DNA of 64,000 nt from assembly GCA_051294905.1 (NCBI GenBank), contig CM119372.1, forward strand, positions 38,876,001 through 38,940,000. Reading direction: 5' to 3'. Numbering within the stretch: the first letter of the stretch is position 1; each line of letters opens with the position of its first letter. Below, one piece after another: positions 52,301 through 64,000 of the stretch. Source of the stretch: Botryllus schlosseri. Taxonomy: Eukaryota. Position numbers and translations under genes: made by a program. Under the pieces are notes generated by a model. The model was not told the DNA's origin. It saw nothing but the letters and a program-made list of their open reading frames with translations, and did no database searches.

Positions 52301-55300
52301 TGGAAATTACGACCAACACAGTATTTCGTAAGTGAATGTGTATCGTTTGGTATGTTCAGCAGTCACTAAATGACAAAAATAGCAAACTGATGCAACCCGG
52401 TAGTTAAACGACACAGCTACAAGTTGGATGTAATCTTGATTTACAGATGACAGCTTGATGAGTATTGTGATGACATTTACTTTAGCGAATGACAACGGAA
52501 AAATTTTCGATTGCATTGTCGGCGTATGTGTTACACAAATAATTCTAGTACACCTAACTATAGGATGCATTTGAAAAACATCGTACAAATTGTTTCGTTG
52601 TGATGGTAACGACTTTCAGCGGTTTGGTTTCATGTCGGCAATTATTATTTGAGGGTTCAAAAACAATCAATACTACAAATGAACAACAATGCAAAACACG
52701 TTAAGTGGATTACAGCGTAGCAAGTACTTCCTTGATATTACGATTGTTGTGTACCAGATATTTCTAACTGAATTGAATGCATCAGCAAACATATTCCAAT
52801 TTACTTTTGTAATGATCAAAGTATGTGAAATGGTGCGAATGGATTAAGTATTAATCAAGCGGCTGTATGTCAATTCACCCAGTGTGATATCTTGACACCG
52901 GATAATGTGCGAAAGTGTTTCAATTCTCACTGCTGATTACGATGATAAAGTATTGTACCGGTTATTGTTTAACAAAGGAAATTGTTGTTTCATCTTTAGT
53001 CTTGGTTAGTGGAGACAATTACATTTGTAAAATATTTTCTGATATCCGCGATACGCAGGGTGATATGTACCAAGGTGGAATAATTTTCCATTAAAGAACA
53101 TTTCAGACACGCATAGTTTTACAACTCAATATGTTAATAACAACGATACTGAAAAGTTTGTTGCTGTCATAATAACCTTTACCACAACGCCGGGTCTAAT
53201 TAACGCGAATAATTTAATAATCAAGTCATGATAGACCATTACGAAATCTCATATGTTAAATCGATGTGACAATCCTTATGTTTACATCACGATAATTTTC
53301 GATATAACACCTGCGTTCGATTGTAAGAAACTACGATGGTCATACTTTCAAATGTCGTATACTCAAATATATTATGTTAACCTCAAGTCGCCGACACCGA
53401 GAAGTAATTACTTTTGTCTTACAAAATATACCGCATAGTAATTTCTTTGTCTTGCGGCATAGTAACGACTTTTACAGTTGAACAAAAAGACGAGTTGGTG
53501 GTATATGCCTAAAACCGAACTTGATATGTTTGTGGGTTGTAGTGATTACTTGCGTAGTCTTGTCTACTTTTCGTATGGACACTTTTTTGCTTTGGTTCGG
53601 TGAGTTACAAACGGATTGACTTGACAAGGTTTTTGTATTTTACTCTTTTGTTGATGGCAAGATGTTAAAATGTTGAGATGTCATAGTGATAATATTTCTG
53701 AAGCTCTCTTTGACAAACGTAAAGACAGGTCGCGAATCGAGTTGTAATGTTTCATTACTTGTTTCGAATCAATGTGCGTATAATCTCTAAATATGACTAA
53801 GTTGAAAGTTGTTAGTCATGTTTGTCAATCTATTTCAATTCAGACTATGTCAAAGTCCAAATATTTCATTTTGGATTATCTGGATTTACCTTTAGTACAT
53901 CTCGCGAGTGGATTCCGACGTCGTACTATAAAACTCTTAATAATACGGATTCAAGGATTTTCAATCAACAATACCTGAATTTTTTGGTAATGCTAGAGTT
54001 GGCAAATGATTATAGTTGCGTGTTTTTGTTAAGAGTTTAAATTCATGTTGATAAAGAAAATAACTGTATAATGCACATACTTGTGATTCTTGTAGAGTTA
54101 TAGTTGGTATTGACTCTATAGGTGTGAAACAGCGGCGTGGAATGTGTGAATAATCCGACGCGACTGAAGTTGGAGTCAGTAATATTCAGGTTACGTTCGA
54201 ATCAACAGATCGCGGTAAATGGATTTCTCAAAGGATTAGAGTTGTACCGGATCAACACATTCAAATACGATTCAACTTGATCTGTGTAGTGAGTTACATT
54301 TCAAGTTGACAAACTAACACATTGATTGAATATTTTCATGGATCTTATCACGCAACTAAAGTCAGCCACTATTCGAGAGGCATGAAACATATAGCGATCG
54401 CGGGTAAGTGTCAAATTGTTGGTTTTCGAATCACGGTCTGCGCTGGTACTGTTATTCATGACTTATTACTTGATAGTAACAACCATCGACACATTACACT
54501 GTAGCGATTGGGATGTATGTAATGACAAGACGCGAGAAATGGTGATGTCTTTGGTGTTATCTTGTGAGCTATCGTGGGATTTGTAACCTATTTCACGCGT
54601 TTTTGAAGTGTTGGTTTGTGAACGCGGCTATTGTTGATATTTGAGTCACCGTCTACGCCGGCTCTGTGGCAAACCAATTACCAAAATATTACATTGTCAA
54701 CGATCGGCATGTATGTAACAGCGAGTCGCAAGCGATGGTTATGTCTTAGGTATTATCTTGTGAGCGATCGCGGGATTTTACCAATATTTCACACCTTTTT
54801 GGAGTGTTAGTTTGTGAACGCGGATATTGTGCGACGGCTCTGTGACAAACTTATTGCGGAAATATTACCTGCGAATATTGTGCTATCGCGGTGAAGTCAC
54901 GACTGTGGACAGCAGACTATTCTGTAGGTGCGAAACAGCGGTATACAAGGTGCGAATAACCCGATCTGAAGTCTTATTCAGCTAGCGATCAATAGCGAGG
55001 AAAGACTTAGAACACGATCGGTCATTTGTCACGACTAAACTACATCATATATAATAATTTACGATATACACATTAACAAAGGTTCATTCAGCGAATCACC
55101 AGAGATCTGCGACCACAAGACACAATAGCCGCTTGCCACCCTCGCCATAAGACGCAATAGCCGTATGCCACCTCCGCGATAAGACATAAGAGCCGCTTGC
55201 GACCGATCCCTATGCTGAAAAGGGTTACCGTGCGACCGCAAGACACAATAGCCGCTTGCCACCCCCACCATAAGAATAACGATATATCATTGTCGCACTC

Positions 55301-55744
55301 ACCGTAAACGTTGGGATTAACTCGAATCGGTCATATTTAATAATTTGTAATATACACATTATCTAAGAATCAATCACGTGACTATTTACTTGATACATAT
55401 TCAACACAGCGCGAGAGTTGACTATACCCGAAAGGGCGATTCACGGCCGCACCCATAAGAACACATGGCGAGTCACCAGAGACCGCGTAAGAATACACGA
55501 CAGGCGAATCACCGCCACCGCCTATAGTAAAAAAGGCGAGTCACCAACACGAGTTTTCGCGGCGAGTCACCGACGCAGCCTATACCTGAAAGGGCGAATC
55601 ACGGCCGCACCCATAAGAACACATGGCGACTCACCAGCGATAGGGGGGGTCGAAAAGGGCGAATCACCAACACGAGTTTCGCGGCGAGTCACCAGCGGGC
55701 CCATAAGAACCCCTGCCACCTCACGACCGATCTACTATACTACT
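49346..55744 (-). repeat. Right inverted arm (~6.40 kb)
   Basis: Reverse complement of 42004-48394. Confidence 0.97.
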
Positions 55745-57227
55745 CACGAGAGATCAGATTCACTTTACATGGCGATAAGTATCTGCACTGCATTCAAATG
55801 TCGAATTATAATGAATAATTGGGACTTGTCTGTGTCATCAAGATTGTTCCCTGAACATTGATTGGGGAAACATTCCATTGTTCCCTGCATCAATCACAAA
55901 TATATCATGCCTATTGGTCAATTCGCAGGCTTGGCAGGGGCATTTTTTCATCGATGGATGGCGCTGCATTTGATGTCGCATCGATCGATGGTGCTGCATT
56001 AGATGACGCAAAGTATCTGGAGTTATCTATTATTATAACAGTAATTTAATTATATAGCAGGCACATTTATGTCCTTATGCTCACCACATCGGTTAGCAGC
56101 TTGATCTAACAACGACACGCGATACAAAACGATCCTTGCACCCAAGTAATCAAGTATCCTCTGGCATACACGGCATCGTTAGTGACTGCGACATGCATCT
56201 CATTCGTATATTATTTGTTTCAACCTGGAAGAATGGCACCTAGGTGGATATATACATACAAATTATATGGGATCGGAAACGTGACCAAAATCAAATTTCT
56301 GGGAACAAGCCCCACATTTTACCAATATGACCGGTAGGTTAGGCTACATCGTTGCCTTTATTCTACATCTACAGCACATCTGCAGTGTGTCAAGTTCAAG
56401 TGCTGCTACAGCATAGAAATATTCATAGACTCATCGACACAATTCTCATCGTGCAACAATATGAGTGCAAGCTCCATTGATGTTGAGGATCTCGAACGTC
56501 GTATGTATTGTATAGCAGTACGTTAATCAAATGTATAAAACCGGATATCGCGGACTCATCATAGACCTAATACAGGAAAGAAGGATTGTATCAGCGTGGC
56601 ATTATCCAATTCACAGCTATTCAGCTATGCTATACGAACAGAGGTGGTCAGTAACGAAGTACTTCTACTTTTTTGAAGTACTCAAGTAGTTCTCCTCTAC
56701 TTCTGGTACTTACTCAAGTAGATCTGATTTTCGCTACTTCTACTTCTACTTCTTAATATTTTGTGATCTACTTACTTACTTGTCGCTACTTTCAGTTTGT
56801 CAAGTAGAAGTAGTTCAACCTTTCAATCAGGAAGATAGCCTGAGGAATTTCGGAGCTGTTTTCACGGAGTATTAACATTTAATTTTCGTAAAAGTTTAGT
56901 AGAGCCCAGAATTTACGTCGCGCTTCGCGCGCCGTGGATACGGAGTGACCAGTATGATTTCACGAAAGTATCGGTGAATATAATTTATGTGGAGGGTTGG
57001 CGTGGTTCCGTTCACGCCAGATTGTCGCCCTTCGCCCATATGAAATAATTCATCACAGTATATATGGCTCATCATAACGTTTGAAACTGATGTTTCGCAA
57101 TGTAGCATTTTCTTGTCATATCGTAATTTAGCATGACCATTGTCCATGGCGTGTCCTAATCTGGAAAAGCTTCTTTGAGGTACAGAACTTCAATATACAA
57201 TTGAATAGCATATTCATATTAAAATGA

Positions 57228-57261
57228 ACCCGAATATTTTCGGCTGACACTCGTCAGGGGT
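57228..57261 (-). ncRNA. Minimal type I hammerhead ribozyme
   Basis: ACCC-CUGACGA-GUGUCAGCC-GAAA-AUAU-UC-GGGU, identical to 25360-25393. Confidence 0.8.
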
Positions 57262-57362
57262 AATCGTCAGCAACTAGTAGAGAATTCGAAAGAACAGCGT
57301 ATATCAACAATCGTAACACAAAATATGACGTCAGCAGCACGAAATGTCGAATACGAGAGCGT

Positions 57363-57845
57363 TCAATGTACTATTTTTAGATGATACACGAACTCTTTTT
57401 GTTGACACAGCCTTGGCTGGTGTATTTTGATAAAAGTCGACTCCAAGGGGCACAAATGAAAGTGTGAGCGACCCTTTCCGAGTATGCGAAATCTGTCGTC
57501 TCGATAATTTTTCGCACAGGCGGGATTATCCAATAAGTGTTTGCCAATTGCAGAATTTATGGCCTTTGATTGGTCCGCATCAATCTTGAGCGGGTGAGTT
57601 AAGGGTGAGCTTTTCATCGAGCGTGTTCTAATGAATCTAGGGACATGCTGATTTATGCGTTCCTGCAAGCGCTTTGACGTTCTTCCCACGTAGCCACAAT
57701 CACAGTGGCACTTAAATTCGTAAACTACATTGCTTTGCTGAAGTGCGGGTAGCACGTCTTTACGTGTTGCGGGGAGCAGTTGCGTTGTCGTGAAAATCAC
57801 GTTGGTCTTCACTGTTTCGTAACACTTATTGACCGCTGAAATCAA
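57363..57845 (-). pseudogene. GIY-YIG endonuclease domain of a Penelope-like element (N-truncated)
   Basis: SNVVYEFKCHCDCGYVGRTSKRLQERINQH...AIGKHL...LESTFIKIHQPRLC. Confidence 0.88.
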
Positions 57846-60800
57846 TTGCTTTTCAAAGCGGGTGGAAATAGGCCCTATCCAAGGTAGATGGATGTAAACA
57901 TCTTTGGTTGTTCGTTCGGTAGGCTCTGTTCGGGTTCATTTTAATATGAATATGCTATTCAATTGTAATCTGGAAAAGTGGACTATTGACTTTTTTAGTT
58001 TTAGAGCTGTTTTAGCATACCACTTTTGAAACTTTCTAGACTAAAAACATGAAATACATATTCTGCTTTTAGAAGTAGTATTAATATTTCACTTTCTATA
58101 CCCAATATCATGTACTTTGAGTTATAATTAATATCAGTTCTTTTGTCTGGATAACACACATGTTGAAGAGTAAAAGCAAGTGCAGTAATGCCTTGTATTT
58201 CTGGAAATATAGCTACGCAATATGGCATTCTTACGGTTCACCATATTTTTTATTAACGTTTAGTAATCACGCAAAGTGTTTACACCGTATCCTATACAAC
58301 TTCTCCGTATTGCTCTTCGACTAAACTACGGGCCTTATAATATGGGGATGGCGCCATACCGTGCTATTTTCCAAAACGTGCTGTTCGATAACACAGAGGA
58401 TTTGCATCGCATTTCCTTATCAATACTATCCTTTGCATCCCACGAGGTGGGCGAATGCTTATGCTATCGAAAATTGGATACCTACTGCTATGCATCAATA
58501 TGAATCAAGCTCGTCACCTATCACATAGCTCAATTTGCACCTTTTTATAATCCATTCAAGCAGGATCGTTTTCACAACTACTTACTTACTTGAGTACTTT
58601 TAAAGTCAGAAAATTCTACTTCTACTTCAAGTAGTTTCAGGTTGCTTATGAAAGAAGTACTTCTACTTGTACTTGAGTAGATTTCTTCGTCGCTACTTCT
58701 ACTTCTACTTGAGTAGCTTTCTTGACTACTTTGACCACCTCTGTATACGAAAGATAACAAACTGTGGAATGGGGCTGTTCCACTTCATTTTGAACACGCG
58801 GTGGCGACAAAGGTAACTCGACCCAAATCTGTTTTGTTGCTATATACTTTACTATGGGACTGGACTAAACATCGACCTAATTTCGTCTCTTGACGTACAA
58901 CGAGGATGGTGAAAGTATCCATATCAACTTAAATCATCCATATGGATATCAAATAGCTGTTAGATGACGAAATGATGCTATTTCTTGGCGTCTTGACCTC
59001 GTGATGGAAGTGCTGAAATTATGATTCTATCCTTATCACCAACTGCAATGGTTCTATCATTATCATTTTCGCCATTTAGCGCCCAATACTACACCAGGTT
59101 GGACTGGGTTCAACACAAACCCTTTCTAGATACATTATTACCTAAACCAAATAGCTGTCTGGTTGAAAGACTTAATGTCCTTCCCATACCTTCCTATTCT
59201 TCAATCTCATCACTATCTGTTGGTGTTTTTAAATGATAAAATACTAATAATACCAACTAGTTCTCATCCTTTCTGATGATTGACAATTAAACAGTGTACC
59301 AGTAGTATTGTAGCAGTTATAATACTAATAATACCAACTATAGATCTCATCCTCTCTGATCATTGACAATTAAACGATGTACCAGTTGTATTGTTGCCGT
59401 TATTTTGTTGAATAAAATGGAACTGTTATAAACTGAAGTTGCAAAGCGTATATAGTCTATAAAGCAAAGGTTCTCGAATATTTTTTTGCCCGACCCGAAA
59501 ATAAATAGTATGGTAAGCACATAAACATTGGATTATAACATTCTAAGCAACGGATTTATGCATGCTCATTAGTCATTATTACATATTAACATAATTATTA
59601 GGAAGAAGGAATGTCAACCTGCTATTTGACAAACCCATGTATGGGACTGAGACAAAAAGCAAAATACTATGGTGTAAACCAAATTGATACAAATAGCATT
59701 ACCATATCCAAGACTTGTAAAACACAAATATGAGCTTGTGAGCCTTGGTCGTTTTTGATCATCGAGTTTGTACTTGAAAATCTTGAAGGTTGTAGCAAAG
59801 TTCGTTGTGCTACCAACATAATAGGTATCAGATAATCAGATACGTATAATAAGAGTCCATGTAGTGAGCAACCGACAATAGTCCTGTTTTGTTGAAGTAA
59901 TATGAGATAGTTGTCTTACAACTAAGCCTGATTGCCAAGTCCTTCAGTTGGAAGTACACAAATGACGCCATGCTTTCAATATCCGACAGTGCTGAGTGTT
60001 CAGGATTTATAATTGGAATGATGGTTGCTTTACACTATCAACTATAGAGTATGCTTCTTTCAATAACGGGTGAATCTCTGTAGATTCAGCTATCCCCTTT
60101 TCCGAATTGTTGAATTGTCAGAACAAGATGCCGTGACTGATGACTTGTACGTTCATTCTTTTGCAACAGCTTTTGACACTGACGTCTCTTCTGCAACCTC
60201 TTTCATTGAACACAGAATAGATGAGGCTGCCTTGACTGAAGTTTCATCAGCTTCATTGTAATTCAAACAAATGATTTTTATATGTTGTAGGACCTCACAG
60301 CAGCAAATGTACAATGTACATAGCATCATTTTCCACAACACACAACACTCATGGGGGTACTGATTTACTGCAGCGGAAGCAGGATAAATCATGCTGGTGA
60401 AATGATATTCTGCAGACTACTTTTCCAGGAGAGGACCAGGCATCCATAATTCTTCGTCGTAAACGGAACCCATCCTCCTGATAACTTTTTGTTTCTAATT
60501 GATGCATCTTCTGCGATCAAATGACCGTCATCCTTACACAATGAGGCATATAACACTTGCCATATCAACGACTCTCGGAAAATTTACAGCAATGTACCGG
60601 TAAGCTGCAACCTGCCAGGGTGCCAATGTCCAGCACGAGGACAAGACGCCAAGAAATAGCCTCATTTTCGTCGGCGAACAGTTATTTGATATCCATATGG
60701 ATGATTTATATTGATGTGGATACTTTCACCATCCTCGTTGTACGCCAAGAGACGAAATTCGGTCCATGTTTAGTCCATTCCCATAGTAAAGCATATAGCA

Positions 60801-60893
60801 ACAAAACAGATTTGGGTCGAGTTACCTTTGTCGCCACCGTGTGTTCAAAATGAAGTGGAACAGCCCCATTGTTTGCAACTACAAGTCCTATAC

Positions 60894-61483
60894 TATAGAA
60901 ATTAAACATGGAACGGCAACGACCGATTTTGCAGCTTCGTTCCGCTCCGCCAAGGCTGGAGTGGAGAGTGGTTTTGCGTAAGCGACTGTAGGATTTCTGG
61001 CAATCCAAAAGCTATCTTCCCGAGCACAGAAATTATTAAATATGGTCTTGATCGAAAGCCACTGTTGCACCGATTCCGAAAATATAAATTAAAATAATGA
61101 TCAGGCACTGATCCACCTAGAATCCGTCCTCAAAGTCGAAATATCGGCATTGTTCGAACAATCAGAGAGTCGCAACGGGTCATTGTTACGGTCATTGTGT
61201 TGCGGTTACCCGATTGTTATGAACAATGCCGATATTTCAGACTTGGAGGACAGATTCTAGGTGGATCAGTGCCTGATCATTATTTAAATTTATATTTTCG
61301 GAATCGGTGCAACAGTAGCTTTCGATCAAGACCAGATTCAATAATTTCTGGGCTCGGGAAGATAGCTTTTGGATTGCCAGAAATCCTACAGTCGCTTACG
61401 CAAAACCACTCTCCTCTCCAGCCTCTGCGAAGCGGAACGAAGCTGCAAAATCGGTCGTTGCCGTTCCATGTTTAATTTCTATA
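60894..61483. mobile_element. Palindromic MITE (~280-bp arms)
   Basis: TATAGAAATTAAACATGG...CCATGTTTAATTTCTATA; 7-bp flanking repeat CCTATAC. Confidence 0.85.
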
Positions 61484-62653
61484 CCTATACCGTTAGAAGA
61501 CATATCAGATCGGGGGAAGCACCGGCCACAGCGAGCTGCGAGCTGCTCTGTGGCCGGCCACAGAATGTTATGTGGATTTCACAGCTTTTCTGGAACTTGA
61601 AAGAGTATTTTCCACATATTCTTGGTTCTTTGATTCTCTAATTGTTTCGTTCGGGTACTTTGATTACGGTATTTAGTATTAAAAACAGGTAAAATGACCG
61701 CATATTGACCGATCCAGTATCTCGATGAAACATAGATTATGTATTCAAGGAGGTATATAGTCGAGTCTACTTGGCGTAAATCGAAAAAATCTGCAATGAA
61801 TTAAGACAAACTTCCAGTACAGTATTGTATTATTCATACATTCATCAGGGCGATCCACGCAAGATTATAAACTGCCCCTACATCCTTAAACTACATGATC
61901 AAATATATGTGTATTACTTCGCATCGCAGACTCATCATAAACGATAAACATGGTTGAAAAACGAAGGACATTATCAGCATCATATTGTTTAATCGTAGGT
62001 TTGCATATTTACAAAATAAAACTAACTATACAATCGATTGCAACAATTGCACTATGCTCATTGCACATCTTACGGTTGAAATTCAATATCAGAACGGGGG
62101 AAGCACCGGCCACAGCGAGCTCTGATCTGTTCTGTGGCCGGCCACAGAATGACATGTGAATCTCACAGCTTTTAAGGGAACTTATAGAGATTTTCTGACC
62201 GATATCTGGTATACCTTGTTTTTTCCAATTCTATGCAGTTGCATACGATTAGCTGTGACGAGTGTCAGCCGAATATTTTGATATATTTCTATAAAAAAAG
62301 ATACAAATCAACACTTACGATCAGTTACCAGTTTTGATAATGTCTTCATCGCTTCTACCTTTCTATACCATTATTTCCTGTTTTATTTAGCCGATATCCC
62401 CCTTTCTAATGCATTCTTTACATAATTTTGTGTGTTTTAATTGATATATAGAGACTAGGCTATTCCAGATCGTTTCATCTTCATCCGCTATTCTTCTGGT
62501 ATTTCGGGTGAAAATGCATATAAACTGAGCTAAATTCTCGTTCTCACCAAGTTCTATTTACTGTACGCCCATAAAGGAACATAATTGATCATAGATTTGA
62601 CCACGATTGGGTCACGTACCATACCAGTATCAATACTTACTTGATAAATTGCA

Positions 62654-62865
62654 GCCGGCCATGAAATTTGGCTATGGCCGGCCATGAAATATAGTCATGG
62701 CCGGCCATGAGAATGAGTTTGACATGGCCGGCCATGGAAATTTCATGGCCGGCCATACTGAAATTTCATGGCCGGCCATGAAAATCACCATGGCCGGCTA
62801 CAGAATAGCACTTTTCATGGCCGGCCACGTAATATCTGTGGCCGGCCATGAAATTATCCGTGGCT
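62654..62865. repeat. TGGCCGGCCA palindrome array (right)
   Basis: About 9 copies at 20-27-bp spacing; its terminal part is inverted relative to 41100-41180. Confidence 0.8.
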
Positions 62866-63347
62866 AAACCTGTCCATTCCCATTACACGAGATCCTCGTC
62901 TAAAGGAAACATCTACTTACCCCCACCCAATAGCAACCTAACTAAGAGATCTATCGACTACTCGGGACCTATCATCTGGAATGCATTACCACCACATATC
63001 CGTGAATTGCCTTATAATAGATTCAAAAAAGCCCTACTTGATCACCTCTTGTCGTTACACTAACACTGTTGCCCTACCTTGCCCAGACATTGCTTCATTG
63101 ATCATTTGCCACCATTGTTTAATTTTTTTTTCTATTTTCCTTTAACTAAACATTTCTTTACAGCCAGTCTGTTCAGAGTCAAGTGTACCTGTTTGATGCT
63201 GGTGTGATCAGACTAGATGACCTTCACGGTCTTATCGATCATTCCTATATACCGAATACTGTGCACGCATATTTCCTGTACCACCATCACTGCCGTTTGC
63301 TATGTATTTTGGTTCGATGAAAATAAAGACTCTCTCTCTCTCTCTCT
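62866..63347 (+). mobile_element. 5'-truncated LINE (CR1/L2 group) 3' end
   Basis: ORF2 C-terminal pattern HYTRS...KRSIDYSGPIIWNALP..IR....FKK.L; 3' UTR with AATAAA then a (CT)n tail. Confidence 0.75.
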
Positions 63348-64000
63348 GTCTCAGCGGGGATCATTACAGATTCTTCTCGCTAATTGACAACACGTGTCTC
63401 GCAAATCCGCTGCGCGGAACACTGATTACACAAATTAGAGTTAGAATGATCTTGTAAAAATGACGGGGTTTCGCGTTTCAAATAGGGATGTTCGACCCCC
63501 GAAACCCCCGTGGCTACGTGACTGGCACACGCGCGTATCGAAATCGAAGACGTCTCTAACGCGGTCGCATCGATTCGCCTGATTACAATTAATGGTCACA
63601 AATCACTTGGGCGTTTGAGCATTTTGTACGAGGTGGCCGCCACCTCGTAAATAGGGTCACGAGGTGGCTGCGCCACCTCGTAACCTCGCAAGTCGGCGCC
63701 TATGGGTATAGGCTATACAGTGACTGCTTCATCGATTTCGACACGATGTTCGCTGCGAGATGAAATGCCTAGTTCGAAACAGTATGTGGAAAATAACCCG
63801 AGGTAAAGTGATCGCAATATATTAACCGACAATTTGCGATCTAAAAGTATTCGCAATAAATTTTACTTGAATTATAATAAACCACTGCATAATGGAAACA
63901 TGTTGCAAACACTGTCGGCATTTTCTTCCAAATTTGACATTGTCGAATGTTAATTTGCAATCGAGAATTCAGGGATCTATAGAACTGTTGTTCTACTATA

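Larger units (their letters stand above)
42004..55744. mobile_element. Giant palindromic non-autonomous Polinton/Maverick-like element (13,741 bp)
   Basis: Ends AGTAGTATAGTAG...CTACTATACTACT; perfect 6-bp TSD CACGAG (41998-42003, 55745-55750); mirrored ORF coordinates sum to 97748 across the outer arms. Confidence 0.8.
57170..57965 (-). mobile_element. 5'-truncated Penelope-like retroelement (family 1)
   Basis: GIY-YIG ORF, hammerhead, inverted partial pLTR at 57929-57965, 13-bp TSD TAATCTGGAAAAG. Confidence 0.88.
56639..58743. mobile_element. hAT-type non-autonomous element (long relative of 11674-11939)
   Basis: TIR CAGAGGTGGTCA; perfect TSD TATACGAA; hosts a Penelope-like insertion. Confidence 0.88.
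38962..63704. mobile_element. Putative 24.7-kb TIR element filled with nested insertions
   Basis: 15-bp TIR CATAGGCGCCGACTT/AAGTCGGCGCCTATG; matching subterminal TACGAG.TGGCG; perfect 8-bp flanking repeat GGTATAGG (38954-38961, 63705-63712). Confidence 0.65.

Noticed and set aside
42004..55744. Fold-back read or assembly artefact
   Set aside because: The flanks differ yet share a 6-bp TSD, the ends are canonical, the spacer is unique and the inner arms differ; not fully excluded without reads
42004..55744. Autonomous Polinton genes, or an alternative genetic code in the arms
   Set aside because: No long ORFs or core motifs; in the stretches translated by hand both TGA and TAG/TAA stops occur, consistent with decay

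Overview
AT-rich eukaryotic (animal; probably an invertebrate, not determinable from sequence) genomic DNA that is mostly transposable elements. Host genes: two tandem-duplicated, minus-strand, intron-containing GT31 glycosyltransferases resembling B3GNT (~12.2-16.1 kb and ~32.3-35.6 kb), plus a hint of a third copy left of the window. Mobile elements: an intact hAT (hATm-like) transposon (21638-25341), a decayed full-length Gypsy LTR element (25784-30491), Penelope-like fragments with minimal hammerhead ribozymes, an Academ-like remnant, tRNA-derived SINEs, a LINE 3' end and many hAT-type MITEs. The standout is a 13.7-kb element (42004-55744) with Polinton/Maverick hallmarks (AGTAGT...ACTACT ends, 6-bp TSD CACGAG). 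It is almost entirely a palindrome, with ~6.4-kb arms around a 951-bp spacer, and has no recognisable Polinton core genes. It lies inside an apparent 24.7-kb TIR/TSD-bounded nest (38962-63704). All alignments were made by eye.
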